64,000 nt of DNA from Thermodesulfobacteriota bacterium (lineage in GTDB: Bacteria; Desulfobacterota_D; UBA1144; Nemesobacterales; Nemesobacteraceae), in NCBI GenBank assembly GCA_965220925.1, contig OZ244851.1, positions 4,410 through 68,409 on the forward strand, read 5' to 3'. The notes beneath the pieces are model-generated. The model saw only the letters and a program-made list of their open reading frames with translations, had not been told where the DNA came from and did no database searches. Positions within the stretch are counted from its first letter, which is position 1. The number at the start of each line of letters is the position of its first letter. This document shows positions 9,295 to 19,596 of this stretch, in pieces. A program made the position numbers and the translations under genes.

Positions 9295-10908
9295 TTGAAA
9301 AACGCCAAGTTTATTTTTATTACGGGCGGGGTTATGTCCTCTTTGGGGAAGGGGATTTCCGCTTCCTCGATAGGATTTCTTCTTGAATGCTGCGGTCTCA
9401 GAGTTACTCTTCAGAAGCTCGATCCTTACATAAACGTTGATCCGGGAACCATGAATCCGTTTGAGCACGGCGAGGTATTTGTTACCGACGACGGCGCGGA
9501 AACCGACTTGGATCTGGGTCATTACGAAAGATTCACCAAGGCGAAGCTCGGAAAGAAAAACAATTTGACAAGCGGTAAAGTCTACGATTCCGTTATTTCG
9601 CAGGAGAGGGAAGGGAAATTTCTCGGCAAAACCGTTCAGGTAATTCCCCACGTAACCGACGAGATAAAATCTCGAGTACTGGCGCTTGAGGACGATAACG
9701 ACGTTATTATAGTCGAAATCGGAGGTACCGTGGGAGATATAGAAAGTCTTCCTTTTCTCGAGGCTGTAAGGCAGCTTAGATCCGATCTTGGCAAGCAGAA
9801 CACGCTCTTTATCCACCTTACCTACGTTCCTTACGTCGCGGCGGCGGGAGAACTTAAAACCAAACCGACGCAGCACAGCGTAAAAGAACTTCTCCAAATA
9901 GGAATTCAGCCCGATATACTCCTCTGCCGCACCGAGGACAAGTACCTCACCGAGGAAGTTAAAAGAAAAATAGCTCTTTTCTGCAACATCGAGCGAAAAG
10001 CCGTTATTACCGCGAAGGATGTGAAGCATATATACGAAGTTCCTATTGTTTACAAAAAAGAAGGACTTGCGGAGATAATCGTAGAATATCTCGGGATGTG
10101 GACCAAAAAACCCGATACGAAGCAGTGGGAGGGACTTCTTAAAAGAATAAAAAACCTGAAAAAAAGCGTGAACATAGCGGTTGTCGGTAAATACGTTTCT
10201 CACGGCGACGCTTATAAAAGTCTCCACGAAGCGCTTTATCACGGCGGAGTGAAAAGCGACTCGAAAGTTGAGATTAAATACGTGAATTCCGAAGAAATGG
10301 ACGAAGAGCAAGCCGCGGACATCCTCTCAGATGTCCACGGCGTACTTGTTCCCGGCGGGTTCGGAGAGAGGGGGCTTGGAGGTAAAGTTACCGCCATTAA
10401 ATACGCTAGAGAAAAAAACGTTCCCTTTTTCGGCATATGCTACGGAATGCAGCTTGCCATAATCGAATTCTCAAGGAATGTTTGCGGCTTGAGCGATGCA
10501 GATACGACCGAAACTAACGATACCACTAAAAACCCAGTAATAGACATAATGGAATCGCAGAAGAATATAAGCGAAAAAGGCGGAACGATGAGACTCGGCG
10601 CCTATCCGTGCGTAATAAAAACCGAAACTCTGGCAAGCGGCGTTTACGGAGTTTCGCAAATCTCGGAAAGACACCGTCATCGGTTTGAGGTGAATAATTC
10701 CTACAGAGAGCTTCTCGAGTCAAGGGGAATGATTCTTTGCGGTCTGTCGCCGGATGAGAATCTGGTGGAAATCGTGGAGCTTGAGAGTCATCCCTGGTTT
10801 ATCGGCTGCCAGTTCCACCCGGAATTCAAGTCAAAACCTCTAAGCGCCCACCCGCTTTTCGCAGGTTTCATAAAAGCCGCTCTCAAATACAAAAATTCTA
10901 CAAGCTGA
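9295..10908 (+). CDS. pyrG: CTP synthase
   Basis: 537-aa ORF with a TTG start. [17 protein letters not shown] synthetase N-terminus and a C-terminal glutamine amidotransferase domain ([15 protein letters not shown]). Confidence 0.95.
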   Translation: MKNAKFIFITGGVMSSLGKGISASSIGFLLECCGLRVTLQKLDPYINVDPGTMNPFEHGEVFVTDDGAETDLDLGHYERFTKAKLGKKNNLTSGKVYDSVISQEREGKFLGKTVQVIPHVTDEIKSRVLALEDDNDVIIVEIGGTVGDIESLPFLEAVRQLRSDLGKQNTLFIHLTYVPYVAAAGELKTKPTQHSVKELLQIGIQPDILLCRTEDKYLTEEVKRKIALFCNIERKAVITAKDVKHIYEVPIVYKKEGLAEIIVEYLGMWTKKPDTKQWEGLLKRIKNLKKSVNIAVVGKYVSHGDAYKSLHEALYHGGVKSDSKVEIKYVNSEEMDEEQAADILSDVHGVLVPGGFGERGLGGKVTAIKYAREKNVPFFGICYGMQLAIIEFSRNVCGLSDADTTETNDTTKNPVIDIMESQKNISEKGGTMRLGAYPCVIKTETLASGVYGVSQISERHRHRFEVNNSYRELLESRGMILCGLSPDENLVEIVELESHPWFIGCQFHPEFKSKPLSAHPLFAGFIKAALKYKNSTS

Positions 10909-12924
10909 TTGAATTGTTGTTTGATGAATTTTCCCAAAATAAACGAACTTATCGCTTATAGAAAAAGAAGAGAACCGGCTTTGGGCATTGTGCTTAAAGC
11001 CTATCCCGAAAAACTTTCCATTTTTTCAGAAGATGGAAAACGCTACGATATAGAGCCCAAGAAAATCGCCTTTCTTACGGGAATATCGATTCATGAAACG
11101 CTGACCGACTCTGAGAAAAAACTGGAAATGAGAAGATGGAGAAGAGATCTTGAGCGGGAAAAAGACTCAATGGACCTCGAAACCGTTTGGCAGTGCGTTG
11201 TGGAAGAGACCGACACCGTAGTTTTCGAAGAAGTGCTGGATTTGTATTTCGGTACAAATCAAGTGTCTTCTGAGCAAAGATTCAGACTTTTTTGGTCTTT
11301 GGATAAAAACACGATCTACTTCGCGCGGGATGAAAACGGTTACCTGGTTCGCTCTCGGGAAGACGTATTCGGAACACTTCAAGCGATTGAGCAGAGGGAG
11401 AAAAAAGAGCGAGAGACTCTTGAGGCCGTAAATTGGGTGCGTCGCGTTTTAAGCGGCGAGGTTCCCGCGGTCGTCGATAAAAACCACGTTGAGTTTCTTG
11501 AACTTATCGAGCGCTACGTGATTTATCTTGACAGCTACGAACGTGCGAAAGAAGCCAAATCTTTTCTTTACGACGCCGGACTCAAAGATGCGGAGTCGGC
11601 GGTTGAATTTCTTATAAAAACGAGTTTTTGGGAAAAAGACGACGATACGGAATCAAAAAAAATCGCCTTTCACTTCAAACAATCGAAAAAAGCGCTCGAA
11701 GAGACGCGGGCCATTATGAGCGCCCGGGAAAACTTTGACGAACTTACCGACAGAACGAATCTTGAAGTCTTTTCGGTGGACAGCGAAACGACGGAGGATA
11801 TTGATGACTCAATCTCCTTTGAAACGCACGATGATCAAATAACTCTCGGGGTTCATATCTCAAACGTCACTCACTGGGTGGACAGAGGATGCTTTCTTGA
11901 CAAAGAGGCTTTCGAGCGTGGCGAGACGGTTTATTTCCCCGAAAAAAGCATAGATATGTTTCCTCAAGAGATTGTAAGCGAAAAACTAAGCCTGACGGCT
12001 GGTCGGATTCGTCCCGCTCTCTCTCTCTTCGCTGTTTTCAGCAAAGAAGACTTCTCTCTGATAGATTATCGTTTTGAGACTACGGTTATAAAGGTTTCCG
12101 AGAATCTTACATATGCCGAAGCGAGCGATATTTTCCTTGGGGAGACATGGGGAGAAAAGCTTTTGTCGTTGACCGACTCGCTTCGGCGTCGGAGGATCGA
12201 CAAAGGAGCTTTTATAGTTCAACTTCCCGAACTGAGAATCAGCGTCAAAGAACGGGGAGAAATTTCTATGCAGAAAAACTATATGAATTCCCCCGCCCAT
12301 AAGGTGGTTTCCGAATGCATGATACTTATGAACAGGCTTTCCGGAGAGTTTTTCCGCGGAAACGAAATCCCGGCGCTTTTCCGCTCTCAGCCGCAGGAAA
12401 TTGAGCCGGAAGCTAAAAATCTGGACTCCCAAGAAATTCTTTTTCCGTCAAAAGTATTGAAATATCTAAAACCATCCTTAGTAATTCTTACGCCCGAGGT
12501 TCATAAGTCTTTAGGAGTCGACTGTTACGTTCAGATGACTTCACCTATAAGAAGGTATACGGACCTTCTCATGCAGCGTCAGATAATATCATGGCTCAAG
12601 GATAGAAAAATTTACTACGGGGCAGCCGAGCTGGAAGATATAAACACGCGCGTAAGTCTTTTCACCAGAGAAATAAAAAACGCCCAGAAAAGCAGACACA
12701 GATACTGGCTTATCCGCTATCTTATGGAAAAAGGTATAGAGAGTTCAAGAGGTTATATAACTTCCAGAGGATACAACGGATTCAACGTTTACATCCCGGA
12801 GTTTCTGATAGAACTTCCTCTTTCAAACGTCGGGGGAAAAACTTTTAAAACTGGAGAAGAGATTTCCGTTTCTCTCTGGGGGCTTGATCCGCTGAGGAGA
12901 ACTATACGGGTGACACCAGTTTAG
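10909..12924 (+). CDS. RNB-domain exoribonuclease (RNase II/R family)
   Basis: 671-aa ORF. Central RNB catalytic-domain motifs (DSETTEDIDDSISFE, HISNVTHWV, SPIRRYTDL) and a C-terminal S1-like region. The exact start is uncertain, with several in-frame Met codons near the N-terminus. Confidence 0.65.
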   Translation: MNCCLMNFPKINELIAYRKRREPALGIVLKAYPEKLSIFSEDGKRYDIEPKKIAFLTGISIHETLTDSEKKLEMRRWRRDLEREKDSMDLETVWQCVVEETDTVVFEEVLDLYFGTNQVSSEQRFRLFWSLDKNTIYFARDENGYLVRSREDVFGTLQAIEQREKKERETLEAVNWVRRVLSGEVPAVVDKNHVEFLELIERYVIYLDSYERAKEAKSFLYDAGLKDAESAVEFLIKTSFWEKDDDTESKKIAFHFKQSKKALEETRAIMSARENFDELTDRTNLEVFSVDSETTEDIDDSISFETHDDQITLGVHISNVTHWVDRGCFLDKEAFERGETVYFPEKSIDMFPQEIVSEKLSLTAGRIRPALSLFAVFSKEDFSLIDYRFETTVIKVSENLTYAEASDIFLGETWGEKLLSLTDSLRRRRIDKGAFIVQLPELRISVKERGEISMQKNYMNSPAHKVVSECMILMNRLSGEFFRGNEIPALFRSQPQEIEPEAKNLDSQEILFPSKVLKYLKPSLVILTPEVHKSLGVDCYVQMTSPIRRYTDLLMQRQIISWLKDRKIYYGAAELEDINTRVSLFTREIKNAQKSRHRYWLIRYLMEKGIESSRGYITSRGYNGFNVYIPEFLIELPLSNVGGKTFKTGEEISVSLWGLDPLRRTIRVTPV

Positions 12925-12987
12925 CTTTACGGAGTTTGCCACAAGAAATATTAAACTGTAGAAGTGAAAAAGCGATTTGCGGTTTTG

Positions 12988-14406
12988 TCAGTCGTTTTTT
13001 TCTAGGGCTTCAAATACGTCCTCAAGTTTTGAAAGTTTGTCTCTGGGTTTTCCTTTTTTCGCGCCCTTTTTTTTCTCAACGCTATCGACTTTAAGCCATT
13101 GTCCGTAAGAAATGTATTTCGGCTGCTTTTTTCGGAGAAATTCCTCTATACTCTCTAGCGAAACAAGCGAGGGATTTAGAATTTCTCCCTTTTCGATATC
13201 CTCGATCATGCAACTTACCGTTTCGGCGGAATCTGTCTTGTTCGTTCCTATAACTCCCGTAGGTCCCCTCTTTATCCAACCCGTCGCGTAAAGTCCGGAA
13301 AGGTGTTTCCCGCCGGTTTTGTCAAGAATCCTTCCCTTTTCGTTGGGAATCGTTCCCCACCTGTGTTCGAATGGAACGTCCTGCAGAGAAACTCCCCTGT
13401 ATCCGACCGAGCGAAAAACCAAATCCGTTTCGATTTCTTCAAACTGATTTGTGGCTTTGGGTCGAATAGATCCGTCATCGGACCTGTAAAGTTTGTTCTT
13501 GACGATTTTTACGCTTTTCACTCTTTTATTCTCTCCGGCTACTATCTCCGTTGGGGATACCAGAAACCTGATGATGATTCTTTTCGGTTTGGAAGGAACT
13601 CTCTTTGAAGCGTTTGTTAAAATCTCGATTTTCGTTCGGGTAGCTCTGTCGGGCTTTCTGTCTAGTTCTTCAAGCGTGAGCGGATCGAGTTTGACCTCAT
13701 CGGCGAGCGTAAGCAGATCGGCGTCTTCGAGATTTTCAAGTTCCCGCAACTCCGGGTTGGTGAAAGCCGCCTGAGCGGGTCCCCTTCTTCCCAGTATGTA
13801 TATTTCCCTTACTTCGCTTCGGGCAAGTTTCTTAAGCGCGTAGTCCGCGATATCCGTTTTCTCAAGCTTCTCTTTCGTAAGGCAGAGAACTCTAGCAACG
13901 TCAACGGCGACATTTCCCACTCCCACTATGACGACTTTTTTGCCGGTCAAATCGAAGTCTAGATCGACATGATCCATATGGGCGTTGTACCAGCCGACAA
14001 ATTCGGTCGCCGTGTGACTTCCCGGTATGTCCTCTCCGGGAATTTCCATCTTTCTGTCAGTCTGCGCGCCGGTTGCGAACACTATTTGGTGATAGCGATC
14101 GCGAAGTTCCTCCAAAGTCACGTGTTTTCCGAATTCCACCAAGCCGAAGAATCTGAATTGCGGGTTCGAAGCGATTTTATCGTAAACTCTCGTTACCGTT
14201 TTTATCTTCTGGTGATCCGGCGCCACGCCGCTTCTTACAAGACCGTGCGGAGTGGGAAGTTTCTCAAACATGTCTATAAAAACTTTATTTTCAAGCTTTC
14301 TCTGCAGGTGGTCGGCAGCGTAGAAAGCTGCGGGCCCCGACCCGATAATCGCCACTTTTACTGTTTTAGGATTCATGCCGTGGGAATTATATACGCAATA
14401 TCCCAT
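12988..14406 (-). CDS. FAD-dependent NADPH:ferredoxin/adrenodoxin-type oxidoreductase (FprA-like)
   Basis: 472-aa ORF. N-terminal GxGxxA FAD fold (VAIIGSGPAAFYAADHL) and a second NADP-binding GVGNVAVDVARVL motif, the architecture of FprA/Arh1-type reductases. The start may be the internal Met at 14376. Confidence 0.7.
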   Translation of the reverse strand: MGYCVYNSHGMNPKTVKVAIIGSGPAAFYAADHLQRKLENKVFIDMFEKLPTPHGLVRSGVAPDHQKIKTVTRVYDKIASNPQFRFFGLVEFGKHVTLEELRDRYHQIVFATGAQTDRKMEIPGEDIPGSHTATEFVGWYNAHMDHVDLDFDLTGKKVVIVGVGNVAVDVARVLCLTKEKLEKTDIADYALKKLARSEVREIYILGRRGPAQAAFTNPELRELENLEDADLLTLADEVKLDPLTLEELDRKPDRATRTKIEILTNASKRVPSKPKRIIIRFLVSPTEIVAGENKRVKSVKIVKNKLYRSDDGSIRPKATNQFEEIETDLVFRSVGYRGVSLQDVPFEHRWGTIPNEKGRILDKTGGKHLSGLYATGWIKRGPTGVIGTNKTDSAETVSCMIEDIEKGEILNPSLVSLESIEEFLRKKQPKYISYGQWLKVDSVEKKKGAKKGKPRDKLSKLEDVFEALEKND

Positions 14407-14510
14407 AAATCTATCCGGCGTTTTTTCGATCTTTACTTTTCACCCGGTCTTTTCCTCCAACCGCTTTCGATAATGTATAATAAGACTCCTTACCTTTTCG
14501 GAGCGACTAA

Positions 14511-16805
14511 ATGATTGTTAAAGATCATGCGGAACGGGAGCATTTTCACCTAAAACTAGTCCACGAGATAAGCGATCTGATAAACAAATCCGTGGGGCTG
14601 AATACCGTTTTGGGCAGAGTGGTGAGAAAAATCTCCTCCTCACTCAACTACGACGTTGTCTCCATATATGTTTGGGATAAGCCCAGAAATCTTCTGAAGC
14701 TTGCGGCCAATAGAGGTCTTAATGTTGAACCGAAGAGCGAAATTCTTCTTCGTTCGGATGAAGGTCTTACCGGAATGGTTTACAGAACGAAAGTACCCCT
14801 GGTCGCGATGCCCGCCTCGAAACACTCGAATTACAAATACTTTCCGGAAATAGGCGAGGAGGAATACGAAAGCTACATAGGAGTCCCCATAATGCTTCAC
14901 GACATATGCGTTGGCGTGCTCGTGGGTCAGAACAAAACTCCCATGCGGATAACTCCGGCCGAGCAGACGCTGTTTCAAATCGTCGCGCTTCGGCTGGCGG
15001 GGGTCTTGGAGGTGGCAAATACTCTGGATCGTTTAAAGCTTCCGTCTGCCGTAAAGCGTGAAACGAGAACTTATCAGGGAAAGGGAGTTTCCGAAGGCGT
15101 GGCGGTGGGAGAGGCGATTACTTTTCGCGGACTTTTCCGCAGTATGGCCAACATGGAAAAGTCTTTTCAGACTCCCCGGATAGAGAAAGAGAGGGTTCAG
15201 GCTTCTATTAAAAACGTTTCGGAGGAACTTAAGAACATTATAAAAAAAATGGATTCTGAAGGTAAGCTCTCGAAAAACGAACTGGACATATTTCGCGCTC
15301 ATCTGATGATCGTCGACAGTAGCGACATGGAAAATGGAACGATTAAACTCATAGAGGAAAAGAAAATCTCGGCGGAGGCCGCCGTGGTTGAATATCTTGA
15401 GTCTCACGCCTCCCTTTTCGAAGCCCTCGCCGATCCCTATATGAGGGAGAGGGCTCATGATTTTCGAGATATAGGCGAGAGGATTCTGCGTGATCTTACG
15501 CGTTCGAAAAAGGACGATATCAAGGCCCCGACAGGCAAAAAGCCTTCCATACTTTTCGCAAGAGAGATGGGAGTGTCTTTCATTTCGTCGATGGAGGCGG
15601 AGGTGGGGGGAATAGTGCTTGAAAAGGGCGGAGAAACGTCTCACGCGGTAATAATAGCGAAATCGCTGGGCATTCCGGCGGTGGTTGGCATAGAGAATAT
15701 CGCCAACCACATACGTCCCGGGGAAGAGGTCGTAATTGACGGAAGCGGTGGTTTTATCTTTACGAATCCTGACCAGATGCTCAAAGATGAGTACCTCTCC
15801 ATGCATCGAAAAACCATGGAACTTCGAAATTTCATAGAGACCGAAGCCGTAAAGACTTCCGGCGCCGGTCTTGAAATAGAGATAACGGCGACCGTGGGAA
15901 TTCCCGCCGATATTGAAGTGGCTAGTCGTTACGGAATCGAAAGCGTGGGACTTTTCAGAACGGAGTTCGCCTTTACTCAGTTTAAAAAATGGCCGAGCGT
16001 CAGATCTCAGCTCAAAGTCTACAAAAACATCGCCGAAAGTTTCCCTGGTTCGGTCACCGTCAGAACGCTTGACGTGGGTTCCGACAAGGTGCTTTCTTAT
16101 CTCAAGGTTCCCGATGAGGAAAACCCTCTTCTGGGACTTCGGTCGATCAGATTTTCCATGGAGTATCTGGACCTTTTCAGAGACCAGGTGAAATCCATAT
16201 TGCTTGCGGCGAAAAAAGGAGCGAATCTCAGGATTCTTCTCCCGATGATTTCAAACGTCTGGGAAGTTGAGACCGCGGCGCAAATAATAAGCGAACTTTG
16301 CGTCGAGATTAGCCTTTATCGAGATGACGTTCCAAAGCTTGGAATAATGATGGAGGTCCCCGCGCTTATTTATCAGTTGGAAGATTACGCGGATCTGATA
16401 GATTTCGTTTCCATAGGAACTAACGACCTAATACAGTATTTACTTGCGGTAGATAGAAATTCAAACGCCGTGGGGCATCTCTACACGGCGTTCCATCCTT
16501 CGGTGATCAGGATGCTTGATTTCGCAAGAGAACGGATAACCGCAAGCGGAAAAGAACTTTCCATCTGCGGCGAAATCGCCGGAGTTCCCTCGGGAACCCT
16601 GCTGATGCTCGCGCTTGGTTATCGCAACCTGAGCGTTGCGCCAATTCGGTTTCCCTACGTCAAATTTCTTTCGGATAGGCTGTCGGAGGAAGTGCTTGAA
16701 GAAGTCAGGTCGCACATACTTACCCTCGCCAAGGAGTCCGATATCGAAAGATACTTAAAAGACGTTCTTAATTCCGTAGATCCCATGTTGCTCGAAATAG
16801 ATTAA
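14511..16805 (+). CDS. ptsP: GAF-domain phosphoenolpyruvate-protein phosphotransferase (PTS enzyme I-Ntr type)
   Basis: 764-aa ORF. An N-terminal GAF domain is followed by EI phosphohistidine and PEP-utilising domains (GGETSHAVIIAKSLGIPAVVG, SIGTNDLIQYLLAVDR). Confidence 0.8.
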   Translation: MIVKDHAEREHFHLKLVHEISDLINKSVGLNTVLGRVVRKISSSLNYDVVSIYVWDKPRNLLKLAANRGLNVEPKSEILLRSDEGLTGMVYRTKVPLVAMPASKHSNYKYFPEIGEEEYESYIGVPIMLHDICVGVLVGQNKTPMRITPAEQTLFQIVALRLAGVLEVANTLDRLKLPSAVKRETRTYQGKGVSEGVAVGEAITFRGLFRSMANMEKSFQTPRIEKERVQASIKNVSEELKNIIKKMDSEGKLSKNELDIFRAHLMIVDSSDMENGTIKLIEEKKISAEAAVVEYLESHASLFEALADPYMRERAHDFRDIGERILRDLTRSKKDDIKAPTGKKPSILFAREMGVSFISSMEAEVGGIVLEKGGETSHAVIIAKSLGIPAVVGIENIANHIRPGEEVVIDGSGGFIFTNPDQMLKDEYLSMHRKTMELRNFIETEAVKTSGAGLEIEITATVGIPADIEVASRYGIESVGLFRTEFAFTQFKKWPSVRSQLKVYKNIAESFPGSVTVRTLDVGSDKVLSYLKVPDEENPLLGLRSIRFSMEYLDLFRDQVKSILLAAKKGANLRILLPMISNVWEVETAAQIISELCVEISLYRDDVPKLGIMMEVPALIYQLEDYADLIDFVSIGTNDLIQYLLAVDRNSNAVGHLYTAFHPSVIRMLDFARERITASGKELSICGEIAGVPSGTLLMLALGYRNLSVAPIRFPYVKFLSDRLSEEVLEEVRSHILTLAKESDIERYLKDVLNSVDPMLLEID

Positions 16806-16810
16806 TCAAG

Positions 16811-17734
16811 ATGAGAAACAGCTCTGTCGTTCCCATAGCGCTTTTCCTTCTTACCGCCGCGACCACTTTCATCTCGGGCTATATGATAGGCGGTACTTTT
16901 GCGAAAGGGCTTCTTTTTTCTCTCTCCCTGCTGGGCATTCTCGGAGCTCATGAAATGGGTCACTATTTCTATGGAAAAAAGTACGGAATTTCCATCACCG
17001 CTCCCTGGTTTATTCCGGCTCCTCCGTTTCTTTCTCCTATAGGGACGTTCGGAGCGTTTATAAGAATAAAATCCCGCATCCGAACCCGAAAGGAACTTTT
17101 CGACGTGGGGGTCGCGGGCCCGATAGCCGGTCTGTTGGTAGCTCTTCCGGTTTTGTTTGCGGGGTTGCTTTTCTCAGAGGTCGTGCCAGCCGATTCCGCG
17201 CGGCTTTTGGAAATGCGTACCGCAATGTCTCTTGGCAATTCCCTTGTCTTCGCTCTTTTTTCCGAAATAACCGTCGGTACGATACCGCGCGGGCATGAAC
17301 TTATTATGCATCCCGTGGCGTTTGCCGGGTGGATAGGTCTTTTCGTAACCGCGTTGAATCTCATGCCGGCGGGGCAGCTGGATGGAGGTCATATAGTGTA
17401 CAGCGTCTTTTCCTCAAAGTGGCATGCGACGGTATCGGTTGCGACGATTGTTTTTCTCGCGGCGATGGGAATCGGAACGGCGCCCGTTTTGGAACTCGCT
17501 CGTAACCTGGGTTGGGATCTATTCGGCTACGTTCCGGGGTGGCTTGTGTTTGAAGGCTGGGTGGGATGGTTCTTCTGGGCGATACTGCTTTGCGCGCTAG
17601 GGACGTCACATCCTCCGACTCTCTTGGAAGATTCGGGAATCGGCGCCGCTAGAAAGACTGTAGCTTTTTTTTCGCTGATTATTTTTATTTGCTGTATTTC
17701 CCCCGTTCCTCTGAGTATCGTTGAGTTTGGATAA
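16811..17734 (+). CDS. Membrane zinc metalloprotease, site-2 protease (M50) family
   Basis: 307-aa polytopic membrane ORF with an HEMGH zinc-binding motif in the first TM region and a later LNLMPAGQLDGGH motif. Confidence 0.65.
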   Translation: MRNSSVVPIALFLLTAATTFISGYMIGGTFAKGLLFSLSLLGILGAHEMGHYFYGKKYGISITAPWFIPAPPFLSPIGTFGAFIRIKSRIRTRKELFDVGVAGPIAGLLVALPVLFAGLLFSEVVPADSARLLEMRTAMSLGNSLVFALFSEITVGTIPRGHELIMHPVAFAGWIGLFVTALNLMPAGQLDGGHIVYSVFSSKWHATVSVATIVFLAAMGIGTAPVLELARNLGWDLFGYVPGWLVFEGWVGWFFWAILLCALGTSHPPTLLEDSGIGAARKTVAFFSLIIFICCISPVPLSIVEFG

Positions 17735-17890
17735 ACGCTTTTGCCTTTGGTTCCGTAATCTGTTATAATCCGAAATTAAGGTTGGAGAATATGTTTAGCG
17801 CAAGAATTCGTACTACTTTCGCGCGGAAATCCGATTCAACCTGAATAAGCTTGATTTCAAAAACTTCACTAGTTGCGAGGAGAATAAGAA

Positions 17891-19180
17891 ATGCCCAAAG
17901 ATACTTTGACCGTCACGGACAACCGTACGGGTAAAACATATGAACTGCCGATAGAGAACGATACCATAAGAGCCATTGATCTGCGTCAAATAAGGGTTAA
18001 CGACGGAGATTTCGGCATGATGAGCTACGATCCAGCCTTCGGAAACACCGCCTCATGCAAAAGCAGAGTTACTTTTATCGACGGAGAAAAGGGAATTCTG
18101 AGATACAGAGGATATCCAATAGAGCAGTTGGCGAAGAAAAGCAACTTCCTTGAAGTCGCCTACCTCCTTATCCACGGCGAATTGCCTAGTGAATCGCAAT
18201 ACGGTGATTGGGTGCACGATATAACCCATCACACCTTTATTCATGAGAATATAAAGAAGTTCATGGACGGTTTCCGTTACGACGCTCATCCAATGGGGAT
18301 GCTTCTTGCTACCGTAGGAGCCTTGTCGACTTTCTATCCGAGGGCCAAGGACATATTCGATACCGACGTGCAGAAGCTTGAAACCAGAAGACTTATCGCG
18401 AAAATGCCGACCATAGCGGGCTTTTCCTATCGACAGATCATGGGTCTTCCCTACGTGTATCCGGATAACGACCTTAGTTACGCCGGCAATTTTCTCTCAA
18501 TGATGTTCAAAATGACCGAGGGCAAGTACAAGCCCAATCCGGCGATAGAGAGGGCTATAGACGTTCTCTTCATTCTTCACGCGGACCACGAGCAGAACTG
18601 CAGCGCGAGCGCGATGAGAAACGTGGGAAGCTCCCAACCCGATCCTTACTCCACGGCCGCCGCGGCGATTGCCGCTCTCTACGGACCGCTTCACGGCGGG
18701 GCGAACGAAGCGGTGCTTGAGATGCTGGCCGAAATAGGTTCGGTGGACAAGATTCCTCAGTACATAGAAAGAGCGAAAAAGGGAGAGTTCAGGCTTATGG
18801 GCTTCGGGCACAGAGTATACAAGGCTTACGACCCGAGAGCGGCGATAATAAAGGACATAGCTCACGACGTCTTTGAGGTTACAGGAAAAAATCCCTTGCT
18901 CGATATAGCTCTCGAGCTTGAAAAAATCGCTCTTGAAGACGACTATTTCGTAAGAAGAAAACTTTATCCGAACGTTGATTTCTATTCCGGACTCATCTAC
19001 CAGAGCATAGGTCTTCCAACCAGCATGTTTACCGTTCTTTTCGCAATAGCGAGAATGTCCGGGTGGCTTGCTCAGTGGCTTGAACTGCTGGGCGACTCGG
19101 AAACCAGGATAGCGAGACCGAGGCAGGTATATCTGGGAGAAGACGAAAGAGATTACGTAGCGATGAGCAAAAGAAAGTGA
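17891..19180 (+). CDS. gltA: Citrate synthase
   Basis: 429-aa ORF with citrate synthase signature motifs (GYPIEQL, LHADHEQN, GFGHRVYK, DPRA). Confidence 0.9.
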   Translation: MPKDTLTVTDNRTGKTYELPIENDTIRAIDLRQIRVNDGDFGMMSYDPAFGNTASCKSRVTFIDGEKGILRYRGYPIEQLAKKSNFLEVAYLLIHGELPSESQYGDWVHDITHHTFIHENIKKFMDGFRYDAHPMGMLLATVGALSTFYPRAKDIFDTDVQKLETRRLIAKMPTIAGFSYRQIMGLPYVYPDNDLSYAGNFLSMMFKMTEGKYKPNPAIERAIDVLFILHADHEQNCSASAMRNVGSSQPDPYSTAAAAIAALYGPLHGGANEAVLEMLAEIGSVDKIPQYIERAKKGEFRLMGFGHRVYKAYDPRAAIIKDIAHDVFEVTGKNPLLDIALELEKIALEDDYFVRRKLYPNVDFYSGLIYQSIGLPTSMFTVLFAIARMSGWLAQWLELLGDSETRIARPRQVYLGEDERDYVAMSKRK

Positions 19181-19251
19181 AGCCGAGATAGTGGTGCGGG
19201 GAATGGGGGCTAAGTTTGCGCTTCGGAGAAAAAAAGAGAGAGAGGGGGGGG

Positions 19252-19596
19252 TCAGCTTGAGGAGAAGTGCTTTCCTATTAGCGCCGTGTAGTAATAGTCA
19301 ATCGTTTGCTCGACGGTTGCCATAAGAAGCGAGATTACCTCGTTTCTGTTTTCGTCCGACGAGAGAAACTCTTGCGTATCTTCGGTTTTCTCCAGTTTTT
19401 CTCCCAGCATTTCAAGAAAAGAGTTTTTGAAGGAGCTTTTGTCGTCGCGAAGCGCCGTTTCGAGAAGAGCTTCGTCTTGAAGATCGAATTTTCTTTTTTT
19501 TATCTCCTTTCGAAGAGCTTCGCAGAGTTCGTCAAAGTCGGCTTGAGGAAAGTTCTCTCCGGCTATTTCTCCAAACACGCTTAGCAGTTCTTCCAT
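19252..19596 (-). CDS. Hypothetical small acidic protein, co-oriented with and abutting the M42 peptidase gene
   Basis: 114-aa ORF whose start overlaps the stop of the upstream peptidase gene by 1 nt. Highly acidic and predicted helical. No family recognised. Confidence 0.4.
   Translation of the reverse strand: MEELLSVFGEIAGENFPQADFDELCEALRKEIKKRKFDLQDEALLETALRDDKSSFKNSFLEMLGEKLEKTEDTQEFLSSDENRNEVISLLMATVEQTIDYYYTALIGKHFSSS

Noticed and set aside
9238-10311. 357-aa minus-strand ORF antisense to pyrG, plus similar long antisense ORFs at 15033-15806 (in ptsP) and 44953-45831 (in pnp/miaA)
   Set aside because: They are embedded antisense in strongly supported conserved genes, and their translations are low-complexity with no motifs. 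These are typical shadow ORFs.
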